64,000 bases of DNA from Lingula anatina (taxonomy: Eukaryota; Animalia; Brachiopoda), in the NCBI GenBank assembly GCA_051362555.1, contig CM120646.1, positions 23,436,001 to 23,500,000 on the forward strand. The letters are read 5' to 3'. The translations under genes were made by a program, and so were the position numbers. Every line of letters starts with the position of its first letter. The first letter of the stretch is position 1. Shown here in pieces: positions 37,710 through 48,097 of this stretch. Below the pieces are notes generated by a model, which saw nothing but the letters and a program-made list of their open reading frames with translations, was not told the origin of the DNA and did not search any database.

Positions 37710-40700
37710 GTGCAAATGTTCTTGCAGATCCTGTCCCGCCAGAAACATTTTATACTACGGCTGTGTCTACTTCAACAGCCAACTTAGAATGGAACAAGCC
37801 GAATGGCCAGTATGACCACATGGTTGTCACTTTCACTGACTTGACTTCTAAAAAAACATCTGAAAAACAAATAAAAGAACTCAAGCATCGTTGCACTAAT
37901 CTTCACCCTGCCTCTTGGTACCGTTTGTCCGTTGTGACAGTAAAAGGATCAAGGACAAGTGCAATAAAGTATTACAATTTCTGCACAGGTATATACAAAA
38001 TATACATTTGAAAATTAACCTTATTTCAGTGGCAATTCACTATCTGGTTATTTGTCAACATGTGCTGTATACATGCATATGTACATTTGAAAAATGCATG
38101 GAGATTGGCAACGGGAAGTTGTCAAGTCAATATATATTTCAACTATAAATGTTTGGTAGATTAAACAAGTCAAAATCAAGGTACTGAAAATTGATATTTT
38201 GAATTAAAAGAATTGAGCAGTTGTAAATGTTTGTTTTTTTTTCATTCACAACTATTGCATTATGTTAAATAATATATATTAAAGACTATAGCAAGGTGGA
38301 AGTAACTTTTAAGTAAAATCTATATAAAATCTATATGAAAGGTGACATGTTTGTCGCTATTGGTTGTTAAGATTTTATCCTTGTGATGCTATATTTTCGG
38401 GGAGGTGCATCTTAATTAATAGGTGGATATTGCTAATTTGGGATTACTTTGTAATTGTTCATTCATTTACAGCTCCTTTGCCCCCCAAGGACATTTCCAT
38501 CAATCCTCAAGCGCATACTGCAAACATACAATGGGGGTATCCAAACAAACGTAGAGACGACGGCATCAGTTTCGAAATCAAGTATTGGGAAGTGGATAGT
38601 AACGGGCGTGAAAAAACGGTATTTTCTGAAACCTTGCAGACAACACTTGGGTCATTAACTCCAGGGTCACAGTACTTGGTACAAGTAAGGGCTGTCTTCC
38701 ATGGAACAAAGAATGAAGCTTTCAAGGGGAAATCGTTTATTACAGGTTATTGTCAAGCAAGTTTTGCACTATTTAGAAATGCTAGCAGGTAGCAAGATGT
38801 ATCCATGTATTTGTATTTCAGTGCGTTTGTTTTATTTTGATTTTACAATGGGTTTATTGTTTTACAATTAATGTACTCCGTATATGATTAGACTGGGTGG
38901 CAAAGAAAGGACCTTGTTTATTTGTAGACTAAGGCAGTGTACGGTACTACCAGTAAAATAATGTAGTTTCGTCAACTAACAACTGAACTCGAGTTGGCAC
39001 AATCTGAGTTATGTTGTTTATTAAGAAACTATTATTAAAACGCTGATTGCGTAACTCGCGTGGATGTATTTTAACCAGGGTAAAGTGAGATGCCATTTTG
39101 GTTACTTATTATGAACACAGTAGGGCCTACTTTTTTTATCCAGAACCACCCAGTGTAACCGATGTACACGTGGAAGGATTCACCAACTACGCCGATGTGT
39201 CCTGGAGACCGCCTGTTCAGGGAACTGTTAAGGGTTATGATGTCGCATTTTGGCCGGCTGACAACCCATCAGCAAAGCGAAAGACCAAGGTCAAAGCTCC
39301 TGCAGACAGGGGATCAATTGAAGGCCTTAAAAGAGGGACCAAGTACATTGTGGTTGTGAAATCTGTTGTCGAAGGGCTCAAAAATCAGGGTGCAGATGAA
39401 AAAGCGTTCTACACAGGTGAGAGAGAGGGAGAGTTGGGTTCATATATTAATACCCCTTAACGTGTGTCGTGCTATATTTGCATGTCAAGTTCTGGTATGC
39501 GGGTTTATTTTGCCGAGCGCCCCTTCCTCCAACACACGTCAGGGGAAAGGTAACACGTGTTTAATGAAAACGAATCTGACGATATGGTCGGCATTTCGGC
39601 CGATTTCTAAAAACCAATATTACAAAAGTTATGTTTAAGGTGATGGCTCCATCCACTAAGACCTGGCAAATCAAATCAAAGTGAATATGTTACATACCAC
39701 CAATCAGAATTTAAATACTGCTGCCCTTAGATTAGATTTTGCAGAGGCCATTTACACTACAATTTAAGGGCGGTGTAACGAAACTGAGGGTCCATGTGAC
39801 GGAAAGTCCGACCTCCATTTAGTTATAATGGTTAGGGTTAGCCTGACCTACCTGTAAGTGGGTCAAAATCGAGGGCGAGGCTTGCCTCTACAAATGAATG
39901 GGGGTCGGACTCTCTAACCCGTTACACTGGTAATGTTAACAATCGACAGTTGCAGGTTTCTCATAAATTCTTTTCTAAACTTGGCAACCCATGATAACAC
40001 ATAAGTGCACACAGCTTGGTGACGCGTTATTCCAGTAACATATCCCGCCGGCAGTGGAAATTACCAAACGTTTGATTGAAAAAATAGAAACATACATATA
40101 TTAAAAACATGCTGCGAATGTAATGAATTATGTCAATGTACAGGGGTAAACCAGCTTACTGTCAGGCGTAGGGCATGGTTGTATAAATTCCAGTCATTAT
40201 ATGTTATGAAATAATAGCACGTCGATCTTACATGTATGCATCAATTTAGTATTGTCGGTATTGATTAAATTTGACAGTAAAATATTGATCTCTCACCTTA
40301 GTAAGTTGTTGTATTCAACAAGATATTTAAACTCATAAAGCCAAGTCTAATATGCTCCTATCTATCCTAGTTCCCTCACAGCCGTCTATGGGTAACATTG
40401 ATACTACACCTGTTTCAATCACTTTGAAATGGAGTGGAAAGAAAGATGAGCCAAATGTGACTGAAGCAATAGTTACATATTGTCAACTTGGATCGACACA
40501 GCAAACAAAACGTATATCCACCAGAGACCCCCAGCAGTTGGTTATTTCTCAGCTGAAGCCCAACACATGCATTGAAGGTTATGTTGAACTGGTGTGCGGT
40601 GATAAAACAAGCGACAGGACACATTGGTCTGCGACGACAGGTATGGCATTGTAGGGGATAATTTAATATTTCAGTTATGTTATAACGAAATACCCCCTTA

Positions 40701-43700
40701 GCAAATTATTTAGTTTGCTGCGAACTAAATAGTTTGCAAGTAACTCTCTGTAGGTGGCCGCAAGAAGAATTATAGTTGCTGCAATTATAGAGGAAGATCT
40801 AACGTTTGCAGGAAGATTGCAAAAAAGTCTTCAGGCCTAAAATTTTCTAATTCGAATTTGTTACTTCATTCATGTTTAGTACAGTTTTATTGCATAATAC
40901 GTTTATTTTCCTTAAAATAGTTTATTTTCCTTAAAATAGTTTATCTGTACTTATTGTCTGGTTGGTGTTAAATAACATGTGCCATGATATACTGCAATTT
41001 CTTTTCTAATTCTGATTGTTCTCAAACTTAATCTAAATCTGTTTGGTAAATTATCAGTTTTGAAATAATTTTTTTTCTCAGAGCCTATAAAAACTGGAGA
41101 GATCCATGTTGATGGTATAACCGAATCTGCGGCACAATTGTCTTGGGCAAAAATCGATACTGTAGGAACCGTACAGTACTACGTTCACTATAAAGATAAG
41201 TCATCAACATCGTCGAAGTGGTTAAAAAAAGCCATAAATGTACCCAGCCTTTATCTAACAGACTTGACACCTGGGACAGAATACACAGTGATTGTATTAG
41301 TTGTGGTAGACGGTGATGATTCTGGAAAAGAAACCACTGTGGAATTCACTACACGTAAGTGTTTAGATCCCAGTAGTAAGTTGTTAAAAGTTATTTATTT
41401 CATTACTTTAGGCCAGTTGGCCAAAAGAACAGGGTTTTTTTTACATTTTGCAAGAACAATTATAATATGCTTAAAAAACATCTGTTTTTCTAAGCGTTCC
41501 CTAACTTATTTTGAGCAGTGTAAATCGGCCTTTTTACAATATTCAAATCGTGATTTTAAATTCGGAATTCGGACATACACCGGCTGTGCTTAGCTATTTT
41601 TACTAGTGATATGTAGTTCTTGTATGTTAATTCCGTTTTGGAAGTATTGCATTACTGAAGTTTTCTTGATGCTGCACCATTCTGCTCCAGTTCTGCCAAA
41701 AGTTATCTAGTTCAGTGCAATGACCTTTTCAAAATGTCCACATCCTTGTCTTTCCCATACCTAGCGAAATAAATGGCAGTAAAACTTGTGTTTTATTTCA
41801 CAGTTTTTCTCCAATTTCTGTCTAGATTTTGCAACATGTTGTAACAGGCCTTTGGCAGTCTATCAATGCTCGTGTACAGTGATCTTATCCAAAATTTAAC
41901 ACACTTAACAAAACATACAACATTAATATTATTGGAAAATCACTGCATTCTCCTAGTATTGCTACCGCACTCACACTCTCAGGAAACATGTAATTTCGTT
42001 TGTGCAAACTCAAATTAATTGGGATCAGGTATCCCCAGATTACTGCCTCATGGTACAATCGGTTTAATCATTGTGTCAAACATTTGCAATGATGCAGAAC
42101 GTGGTAAAAAACCACAACTGGTTACACAGCTTGTCGAACATTGCCAGTTCCCTTTGAGACTGTAGTACCAGTGTATATTTTGCTTTAGTCTTTGCTGTTT
42201 TGGTGTAAACACATTCCCTAGGTATTTACAGTATATTGAGTATCTACCTTAACGCCAACAAAGTACAGTTTATCATTGTGTCTTAGAGTTCAGCCATATC
42301 TAAGGACAATTAATTTTTATTTTTTATTTTTATCCGCTATCACCCTCAATTTCCATTGTTGGCCAAACTGGAACAAACGGTCTGCCAGCTTTTGTAGGTT
42401 GTATACTACATCCCAAATGTTTGATAGATCTGTAAAGAAAAAATCTGTTCCAGCATAAAATAGTGATGTAGCATTTTGAAATCCATTATTAATGAAGATC
42501 CCTTTAACCATAGTTTCTTCACATCAGGGGAAATTGTACATGTTTTATACTTGCAGAAAAGAAAGGGGCTAGTCGTGCAGCCCTGTTGAGTACAAACTTC
42601 ACAATTAAATGTAGTTATCGGTATTCGGTATTTTTCATGAACGATTTCTAGTCATCAATCCCTTTCTCATTTTCACTTGCATTCCTATTGAACACGTTTT
42701 GGAAATCTCCTTATGGAAATTTATGTACATTCAATGAAATCTCCCATTTCCTTTTGATAAATATTTCTGATTCAAGGTCTGTAAAAAAAAAATCTGTTCC
42801 AGTGTAGAATACCTCTTCCTAAACCCTTTTTGAGGGTTTCGTCTTTATCTGCCCACCCCAGTAAGTCTATTGTTCAGTTCCTTTGTAAGTATAGTTCCAA
42901 AGGAACTAAGTAATTAAGGGAATATCAAGGTAATTGTCTGCCTCTCTTGGACTACCTTTCTTGCCTAAAGGGTATATTAATGCAACGCATCCATTTATGT
43001 AAATTCACAAATAGCGGTAGCTGTTCATATTCCTCAATCATATTGTCGGTTACCTCAGCCTCGTAGTTTTGATTTAAAACATTCAGCCTTTGTAATATCC
43101 CATTTTGATATTTTTCCCTCTACTACTGCATCCATCTGTTCTGAGAGCTCATCCACGTTTTACATTTTACCATACATAATAATGGGAAATTAGTTGAAAC
43201 CCTTGGCGAAGAACCTGGTCATATAGTATAACTTATGTGGATAACTTTGAGCTTACCAAGATGTACAATAGCAGCATCGTTATTCGTTACACAGGTGTAG
43301 TCCGGCAAACACAGAACGTTTTATAACGTTACCATAACTTGGCCATGTCTTTTTTTTTTTTTTTTGGTAAAATTAACGTTATAATAACGTTATGTGTTTG
43401 CTGGGAGTTCCCCTCCTTACATCACCTATTATACCATTCAGAAAGTGCACACTACACACAGGAGTAAATTATCTAGCTGTGTATGTACAGATAAGATAGT
43501 GATGTTCCAGCACTGCATGTGTAGAATATAAATATAAAACGTATTCGATGCAGTTGCTTTTTCCTGTTTGCAGTGTTATGCGATATAATAGATCTGTCCT
43601 AATTTGGGGAACACATATCTTTCCACTGCTACAGGGCCAGTCAAACCCACAGGCGTGAAGCTTATGAATCAACCATCTGCAGAATCAGCCACCATACAGT

Positions 43701-46700
43701 GGGCGCGTCCTGCATGCCACGTAGATCACTATCGGCTTGAATACAAAACAGATAAAGGGAAGCCAGTGATTGGCAACATACCTGACACGGAATCGAGCCG
43801 TGCATTAACTGGTCTTATCCCTGGAACTAAGTATAATGTCTCACTATGCTGCATACGCCACAAAACAGAAAGTGAGAAATGCACGTTCACATTTACAACA
43901 GGTATGATGCAGTTTTAATATGCATATTTAATTCCAAAAAAGACATGCATCTTTTTTATTTAATTAATTATTTATTATTTGATTAATTCTGAAATTACAG
44001 TTGCTCATATAATATGTATACATGTGAGGCGGAAGGATGTACAGATGGACTATCAAGCATTTTGGCGAGATAGATTTTAATTGCACGTTTATGGTATTGC
44101 TTTTTTATTGGACCAATTAAAGCACCTGATGTGCCTGTCATCGAACCCCAGCCTGGAGGTACCTCCATATTGTTGTCTTGGAGCCAGTTTAAGGGAAATG
44201 CCGATAGTTTTGAGATCACTTGTCAAAATCAAGACAACGAAGAAGAAAAACAAAGTGTGAAACTTCATGGCGAAATGCGCAAACATACATTTAAAGATCT
44301 TTCTGAAAATTCAAAGTACGCCGGGGAAATTTGGGCAAACCTTGAATCCCAGAGAAGCAAACCATATGAATGGGAGAGTTTGACTACTTCTAAACCGGCT
44401 GCAGGTAAACTAAATAATATATTTTGATCTTATTTATTCAGCTCATTTGCTTCTGATATTTATCATATCTAGCAAATGAAGGTGATGTCCTGTTTTACTT
44501 TTGTTTCAACATTTTAATGGTTTACATACAATCAATGCAATATGAATTTACTGAAAGTTACAGTTATAACCACACAAATATTCCAATACCACAAAGAAGA
44601 ACTTCGTCAAGTGTTAAAGAGGCTACAAGTGTTAGAGTATCCCTACCCTACCTACTACAGTTACCCCCTTTCTTTGCTTACGTAGAAATTACATAAAAAA
44701 GGAGAGCGTCTGCATTGTTTCTTTAGAGACTTTAAAATTGTATATAATGTATGTATGAATAGCCTGGGGAACTTAATCAGTGGCTGATTTAGAGGGGGTA
44801 GGGGGGGCATCGATTTCTTGTCCTCTCTTGAAATTAGAATTTTGACCAGCTGAATCATACATGTAGTTCTTAACTGTACCAAATGGCATCGTTCGCCCTC
44901 TACGATACCAATTTTTTCGGGGCCCTTCAGCGGGCCTATAACCCCACGCCAAGTGAGGGGGGCTTTGCATCCGCAGACCCCCGCCCTTTAAATAGTCCTG
45001 GATCCACCCCTGAAAATGGTACTGTTTTTTGCATTTCCGATTTTTTCACCGATGTCGTGATAATTGTCCCTGTTTTCCGTTTATTTTGTTTTGTTGTCCT
45101 TTCCACTGTAGATCTTACCTTCAATATTATTGCTTGACTGGACCCGTTACAACTACATAATACACCTCGCCTCTCGCATTTCATTTCATATGTTACTCCA
45201 TTTATGCTTCTTGGACTCGCATATGTTACTCCATATAAGGTATGAGGACTCGCAAGAGCATATCCCTAAGACATTGAAGTACTGGAATGGCAGTAAATCC
45301 AATAGAATTAGCTGGCGTTTGAAAAATATATAATTATAACTGTACCTGCATACCACAACTGTTGCAATTATGAGCTTAGTGATGGATATTTTTGTTAGTG
45401 AATTTTTTCAGTGTTTTATATTATATTAAATCTCTTCAGGTTCGCAACCAATTGCGACAGTAGCAAGGTCAGAAGGGGTATGTGTATAATTTTCCCGCTC
45501 ATAAACGTCAGTCTAGTCATGTTATCTTTTATTTTGACTAAACAACGTGTTACTTCAAAGTAGTCCGTCTTCTCTCCTACAGTACTGTCACTGTATTCAC
45601 TACATAAACATGTCTGTTATTAACTATTTGCAATTTTTGGTTGTTATTTTTCAACGATTTAGTACTATTGTTGTTTGTGTGTGTTTAATATTTGAAGGAA
45701 TTTTTATCATTCTTGTTGTGCAATTAATTACTTGGACGTTTACATGTATGTCATTTTCTTTTCAAGTACATATCATTCAGTCTTAAATTAGTCCAAAAAG
45801 AGAGCAAAGCCCCAGAAGGTGCAGTGAGTGGGGCAAGTGATTCAATGTGCCTGGTAGTTACAGCAATAAGCGCGAGGGACCTTCAAATCATTGGACAGAC
45901 AAGTAAATCTAATAATTATTGCTCGGGGTAAGTACGTGAATGTTAAATTTTCATTTCGAATGCAGACCAGTGTATATAGAGCCGCCAAAAACAAACATAC
46001 ATATAATATGTATTCACAAGAACGCCCAATTTCCATCCATTTAAAGACAACCATACGGTTGTATTAAATATATATCAAAGTATTAGATATACATCAAAGT
46101 AAGTTGTAACTGTGTAATTTAATTGCGTAAAATTGTGGTACTGAGTGTGATGCAATTTAAGTCATCCGATTGGTTATTATATTGACGCATGCTTGTCGTT
46201 TAGTTAAGGGCTGTGGGCGGGGACACTGTCCAAATGGAACATTTAATAAAGCAATACAAGTGAGATCTAGAATGCACCATTCAGACACATTAGCTGAGAG
46301 TAGCAGCTATTCGACAGAATCCTTTTGACCAAAGAGTTCGAAATTCACTACACCTATATGCAAACACATCATTTCCTTTCAGATTCGTCTACCCAGAAGG
46401 AGACAAAAAAGCGCTGAAAACGAAAACGTCAACAGGATGCAACCCTACGTGGAAAGGAGCAATGCAGTTTCACGCTCCTTCAGTTGAAGCTTTGAGAAAC
46501 AAATGCTTGCAACTAAATGTCATGGAAAAATATAGATTTGAGAAGGATGTTTCAGTTGGCGGAATAAGACTTAACATGGGAACAGGTCTATATAATTCAA
46601 ATTAAATGCTCTTTGCAAGCCAAACCTAAGTACGGCAGTCGTTAAGTCTATTGTAGATATAAAAATGTCATTTATTATTAGGGTAACTTTTTATTATTTT

Positions 46701-46962
46701 TCTTTCATGTTTAGTATTATTTTCTGTCATGACGAACTTCAATTTCAAATTGAGTCCTTTAATGATATGAATATTAAATCCGCAGTACCTCATGTCTGCG
46801 TGTCTGAAACTTTACTCATATTTTGCAGGCAAGCACAACGGCTACTCTGTAGACTGGATGGACTCCACGGATCAGGAACAGGAAATATGGCAGTCACTAT
46901 TAGATTCCACACCTGGGACTGAGATCCCTGCCGAATTACCTATAAGGTCTTTGGATAGTTAG
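2872..46962 (+). CDS. Multi-exon gene, 5' part outside the window: at least 17 fibronectin type III domains plus a C-terminal synaptotagmin-like (Slp/SYTL) C2B domain
   Basis: AG/GT-bounded phase-1 FN3 exons, each a multiple of 3 with the W...Y...L.PG..Y pattern: 2872-3135, 3407-3703, 13450-13695, 13882-14172, 14495-14773, 31420-31683, 33456-33716, 34203-34475, 35615-35875, 36363-36635, 37728-37988, 38473-38745, 39144-39416, 40371-40640, 41082-41354, 43635-43901, 44123-44404. These are followed by 45440-45477, 45767-45927, 46383-46585 and 46829-46962 (TAG). Splice phases are compatible throughout. Confidence 0.85.
6675..8265. mobile_element. Non-autonomous Ginger-like DNA transposon
   Basis: Termini are TGTGAAGGGAATG and CATTCCTTTCACA, flanked by a CCGG duplication (6671-6674 and 8266-8269). 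Subterminal GTCC/GGAC-rich repeats. TIR nearly identical to the Ginger element at 25077-27272. Confidence 0.75.
8440..10870. repeat. Unclassified interspersed repeat with internal sub-repeats; related copies at 28980-29920
   Basis: 8505-8675 recurs at about 8980-9160 and partly at 9385-9450. 8465-8675 matches 28985-29210 in inverted orientation. 10420-10860 matches 29480-29915 in direct orientation. Confidence 0.6.
11950..12275 (+). pseudogene. 3' end of a non-LTR retrotransposon (CR1/L2-like) ORF2
   Basis: HPGLT..Q...LETVQSR.LKVIF and TLDKRREDLC..FF...YKVPKYKTDRFRCSFIPY resemble the post-RT C-terminus of CR1/L2-group LINEs. It is frameshifted and followed by an AT-rich tail and (TAT)n. Confidence 0.6.
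12797..12983. mobile_element. Short MITE
   Basis: Terminal inverted repeats CTGGTGATGTCG and CGACGTCACCAG about 185 bp apart. Confidence 0.45.
15829..16210 (-). mobile_element. Helentron/HINE-like non-autonomous element
   Basis: One end is CTAGAAAAGCACTCAGAG with subterminal CGCCAAGG; the other is the palindrome CCTCCTTGGCGGAGG-TAA. There is an internal duplicated GATCACCACCAAAA block and an (ACAA/ACAG)n tract. It sits inside an AACGTT/TATAACG-rich repeat (about 15340-16250). Confidence 0.55.
17473..19134 (+). mobile_element. Tc1/mariner transposon with degenerate transposase, nested in the Polinton
   Basis: 28-bp TIR CAGACTTGACATTTAATATGGAATATTT is perfectly inverted at 19107-19134, with TA on both sides. 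The remnant AGSHRA...LHWSSKSPYLNHIHNMW (18509-18736) matches the Tc1 DNAxxH...WPxxSPDLNPIExxW motif. Confidence 0.85.
19148..23419 (-). pseudogene. Polinton protein-primed family B DNA polymerase (pPolB), disrupted
   Basis: ORF pieces 22224-23147, 21964-22413, 21376-21963, 19902-21455, 19567-about 20010 and 19148-19612. Motifs: ExoI FDIE (about 21850), ExoII FNSGYYD, ExoIII YNNKDV, motif A YDANALY, motif B KLIGNSGYGK, motif C DTDS, then KTYY. About four frameshifts, an in-frame TAG at 21964-21966 and a local inversion at the 5' end. Probable ATG at 23419 (MVYTCELCGEIF...). Confidence 0.9.
23796..24296 (+). CDS. BIR-domain (inhibitor-of-apoptosis-like) protein carried by the Polinton
   Basis: SFLNW...PIPLAISGFY...DAVLCFNCRVSLRIWDPLRDAADVEHERHSPQC fits the BIR pattern with all four Zn ligands (C-x2-C...H-x6-C). 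Intronless open frame; no in-frame ATG before the domain. Confidence 0.8.
   Translation: MESKSTDDSEVFTDCAPEDQPYHFRVPFCKEDDWILSFLNWSGKLLINPIPLAISGFYRNQEVSNADDAVLCFNCRVSLRIWDPLRDAADVEHERHSPQCTMNSVEKRLKNPLNVALTPEKRHELVQLFVPIEKNSNYTPSTVKALLNIGFDEVDQVPWPKPYGLF
24424..24627 (+). CDS. Small Cys-rich hypothetical Polinton protein (67 aa)
   Basis: ATG start, co-oriented with and ending 10 bp before the integrase ATG. TATTTAATAA lies upstream. Contains IECDDIKCVVSCC and an amphipathic-looking C-terminal segment ICTRIWHYIKTLLC. Confidence 0.45.
   Translation: MASPSVKIECDDIKCVVSCCQGQTNVVNDQRDETQCDKETELQPSICTRIWHYIKTLLCSVKQNAAN
25077..27272 (-). mobile_element. Ginger-type DNA transposon, internally deleted, with an intron-containing Gypsy-like integrase remnant
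   Basis: Perfect 13-bp TIR TGTGAACGGAATG/CATTCCGTTCACA and CCGG target duplication (25073-25076, 27273-27276). Minus-strand exon relics: YLQEGTYP..IRR (about 26610-26680), IEQGKLYY...LHTSP (26030-26200), GHLGRDKT...YYWPNM..DI...*DKCQ (HHCC finger, 25700-25887) and WLGPYVV...VNRANLKVY (GPY/F motif, 25452-25658). No DDE core. Confidence 0.85.
26320..26460. repeat. About 31-bp tandem repeat (about 4.5 copies) inside the Ginger element
   Basis: GGACCTAAAATCCCAGAAATGGTAGTCCCC repeated with minor variation. Confidence 0.85.
27962..28414 (+). pseudogene. Polinton minor capsid (penton/PX)-like ORF, 3' truncated
   Basis: Open frame FHVILPSNSSFNYFPNN...FQTKL...LVGDYEVALVELQYP..W.N...VPAGYY..VNDLI..I...MLGW matches the Polinton PX N-terminal pattern. 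It ends in an 18-bp tandem duplication (RVTSD x2) and a stop. TATAAAA (27924) and TCAGT (27953) lie upstream. Confidence 0.7.
30030..30500 (+). pseudogene. BEL/Pao LTR retrotransposon pol C-terminus (integrase end plus DUF5641-like region)
   Basis: EAVVNSRPLT..SDDPND...TPNHFLIG...WR.AQ....F.KEY...L..RQKW...DLVLI.DD...W.LARI....GKDGKVR is the typical BEL/Pao C-terminal signature. Frameshifted near its end and 5' truncated. Confidence 0.85.
30571..31179 (+). mobile_element. 3' LTR of the BEL/Pao element
   Basis: Purine tract GCGAGGGGGTA directly before TGT. TATATAA at about 30667 and ATTAAA at about 31109; ends ...AACAACA. Internal GC-rich repeats of about 60 bp (GACTCCGCGGTCACCCCGGCGGCTCGAC) occur four times at 30770-31020. 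Confidence 0.7.
32070..33120 (+). pseudogene. Degenerate L2/CR1-type LINE reverse transcriptase fragment
   Basis: GVPQGSVLGP-like sequence at about 32172, LYADDPQIY, and LVLAFITSRLDYGNSLL. Many frameshifts. Its 3' half is copied in the downstream tandem repeats. Confidence 0.75.
32634..39058 (+). repeat. Three near-identical tandem units of about 2.15 kb, each with a LINE 3' fragment and two FN3 exons
   Basis: Units at about 32634-34787, 34788-36946 and 36947-39058. Introns and exons are almost identical; the junction GTAACTCG|TCCTTGCCTTC occurs twice. Confidence 0.95.
39774..39926. mobile_element. Miniature Ginger-like MITE
   Basis: Termini TGTAACG and CGTTACA, flanks GCGG and CTGG (degenerate CCGG-like), internal inverted pair GTCCGACC/GGTCGGAC. 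Confidence 0.4.
41640..43200 (-). pseudogene. Highly decayed non-LTR retrotransposon remnant
   Basis: Minus strand has a GSVIWGY-like stretch (about 42025-42055) resembling the YGxEIWG motif of LINE ORF2, and coding-like composition. No long ORF. Confidence 0.3.
43301..43405. mobile_element. Short MITE of the TATAACGTT-rich family
   Basis: Inverted ends CCGGCAAACACAGAACGTT and AACGTTATGTGTTTGCTGG. Similar motifs at 15340-16250 and 31180-31315. Confidence 0.5.
44778..45012. mobile_element. hAT-like MITE (CAGTGGC/CAGGGGC termini)
   Basis: Begins CAGTGGCTGATTTAG and ends GGATCCACCCCTG. Shares CTCTTGAAATTAGAATTTTGAC.AGCTGAATCAT with a copy at 54705-54880. Related ends at about 51748 and 52171. 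Confidence 0.55.
45440..46962 (+). CDS. Terminal exons of the FN3 gene, encoding a C2B domain of the synaptotagmin-like protein (Slp1-4/bitesize) type
   Basis: Spliced translation: GYISFSLKLV...MCLVVTAISARDLQIIGQTSKSNNYCSGFVYPEGDKKALKTKTSTGCNPTWKGAMQF...LRNKCLQLNVMEKYRFEKDVSVGGIRLNMGTGKHNGYSVDWMDSTDQEQEIWQSLLD...ELPIRSLDS*. The GGxRLxxGTG...VDWMDS...W...LPxR tail is characteristic of Slp C2B. These exons are not in the ORF track in the correct frame. Confidence 0.8.
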
Positions 46963-47198
46963 ACGATAAAACTTACCAATCTCTCCATAAGGACCATTGT
47001 TTTTTTTTTTGTTTGTTTTTTGTTTTTTTTGCATGAATTGGATAAACCTTAATTTGTGTACAATATGATTCCGCAGATGGACATATTTCTGTCAAAAACC
47101 TTTTTCCAATACACCAACAGTTTTATTGACACAGTTAAAGACACAATTCTTTTTATATTGCATTGGAATCAGAAGGACATGAACGATGAGGTCAATAG

Positions 47199-47248
<50 letters not shown>

Positions 47249-47896
47249 AATCATATGCATGTTTTTGCCATAATGTAAACTACGGTGTAAATTATGGTTA
47301 TTGCAAACTTGCCTTTGCATTAAATTTAACTGCAACATTTTGTCTCTTTTATGTCTTACGTTAGAACTTAGTAGACATTTAGTCATTTACAAAAAAAATC
47401 TTTACTTGCAATATAAATCTTAGATTTATGTTGTTAACTAGTTCACATAGATGTATACCCATTTAGATAGGGAAGAAAAGGCATCCTCAACGAATTTTCG
47501 CTGCGGATGTTACAATTACATGTAGAAATGGACACGCTTGTTAAATATGTGAAAAAAAAAAAGAACTAAAAGATTAGATGTAAATTCTATGATAATCTTG
47601 TTTTCCGAACTTAAGTAAATAAAATTTTATTGGAATATTTTGCGGGGGGAGGGAGTATAAGGCAGTTTGCAAATCTTCCAGTTAAGATGCTTGTTTTGAG
47701 TGAGAAATTATGCTTATCACGAATTGTTTTATAAGCCCGAGGGGCTTTTTTTTTTTTGCACAGCACGCTTTAATAAATAAATACATAAATAAATAAATGA
47801 ATAAATGAATGTTATGCCAGGTCATTTTAGGTAAAATTGCTAACATAAAATGCTTTCTTATTACTGCAATTAATCATTTACAGAAGCTTAATGTTT

Positions 47897-47927
<31 letters not shown>

Positions 47928-48097
47928 TGTTCAATGATCAGACTTGATGAAGAATAGTATGTACCGGCAAATATATATATACTCGTCTTAGTCAATGTCT
48001 CCGTCAAACTGTTATATGTCTCTTCTTAGCCTATTGAGATATACCAGTGACAATCACATTATTCTATTTTAAAGTGGCCACGTGATATCAGGACTCC

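Noticed and set aside
2872-44404. Calling the FN3 gene tenascin, fibronectin or a receptor tyrosine phosphatase
   Set aside because: No fibrinogen, transmembrane or phosphatase exons follow; the frame ends in a C2 domain.
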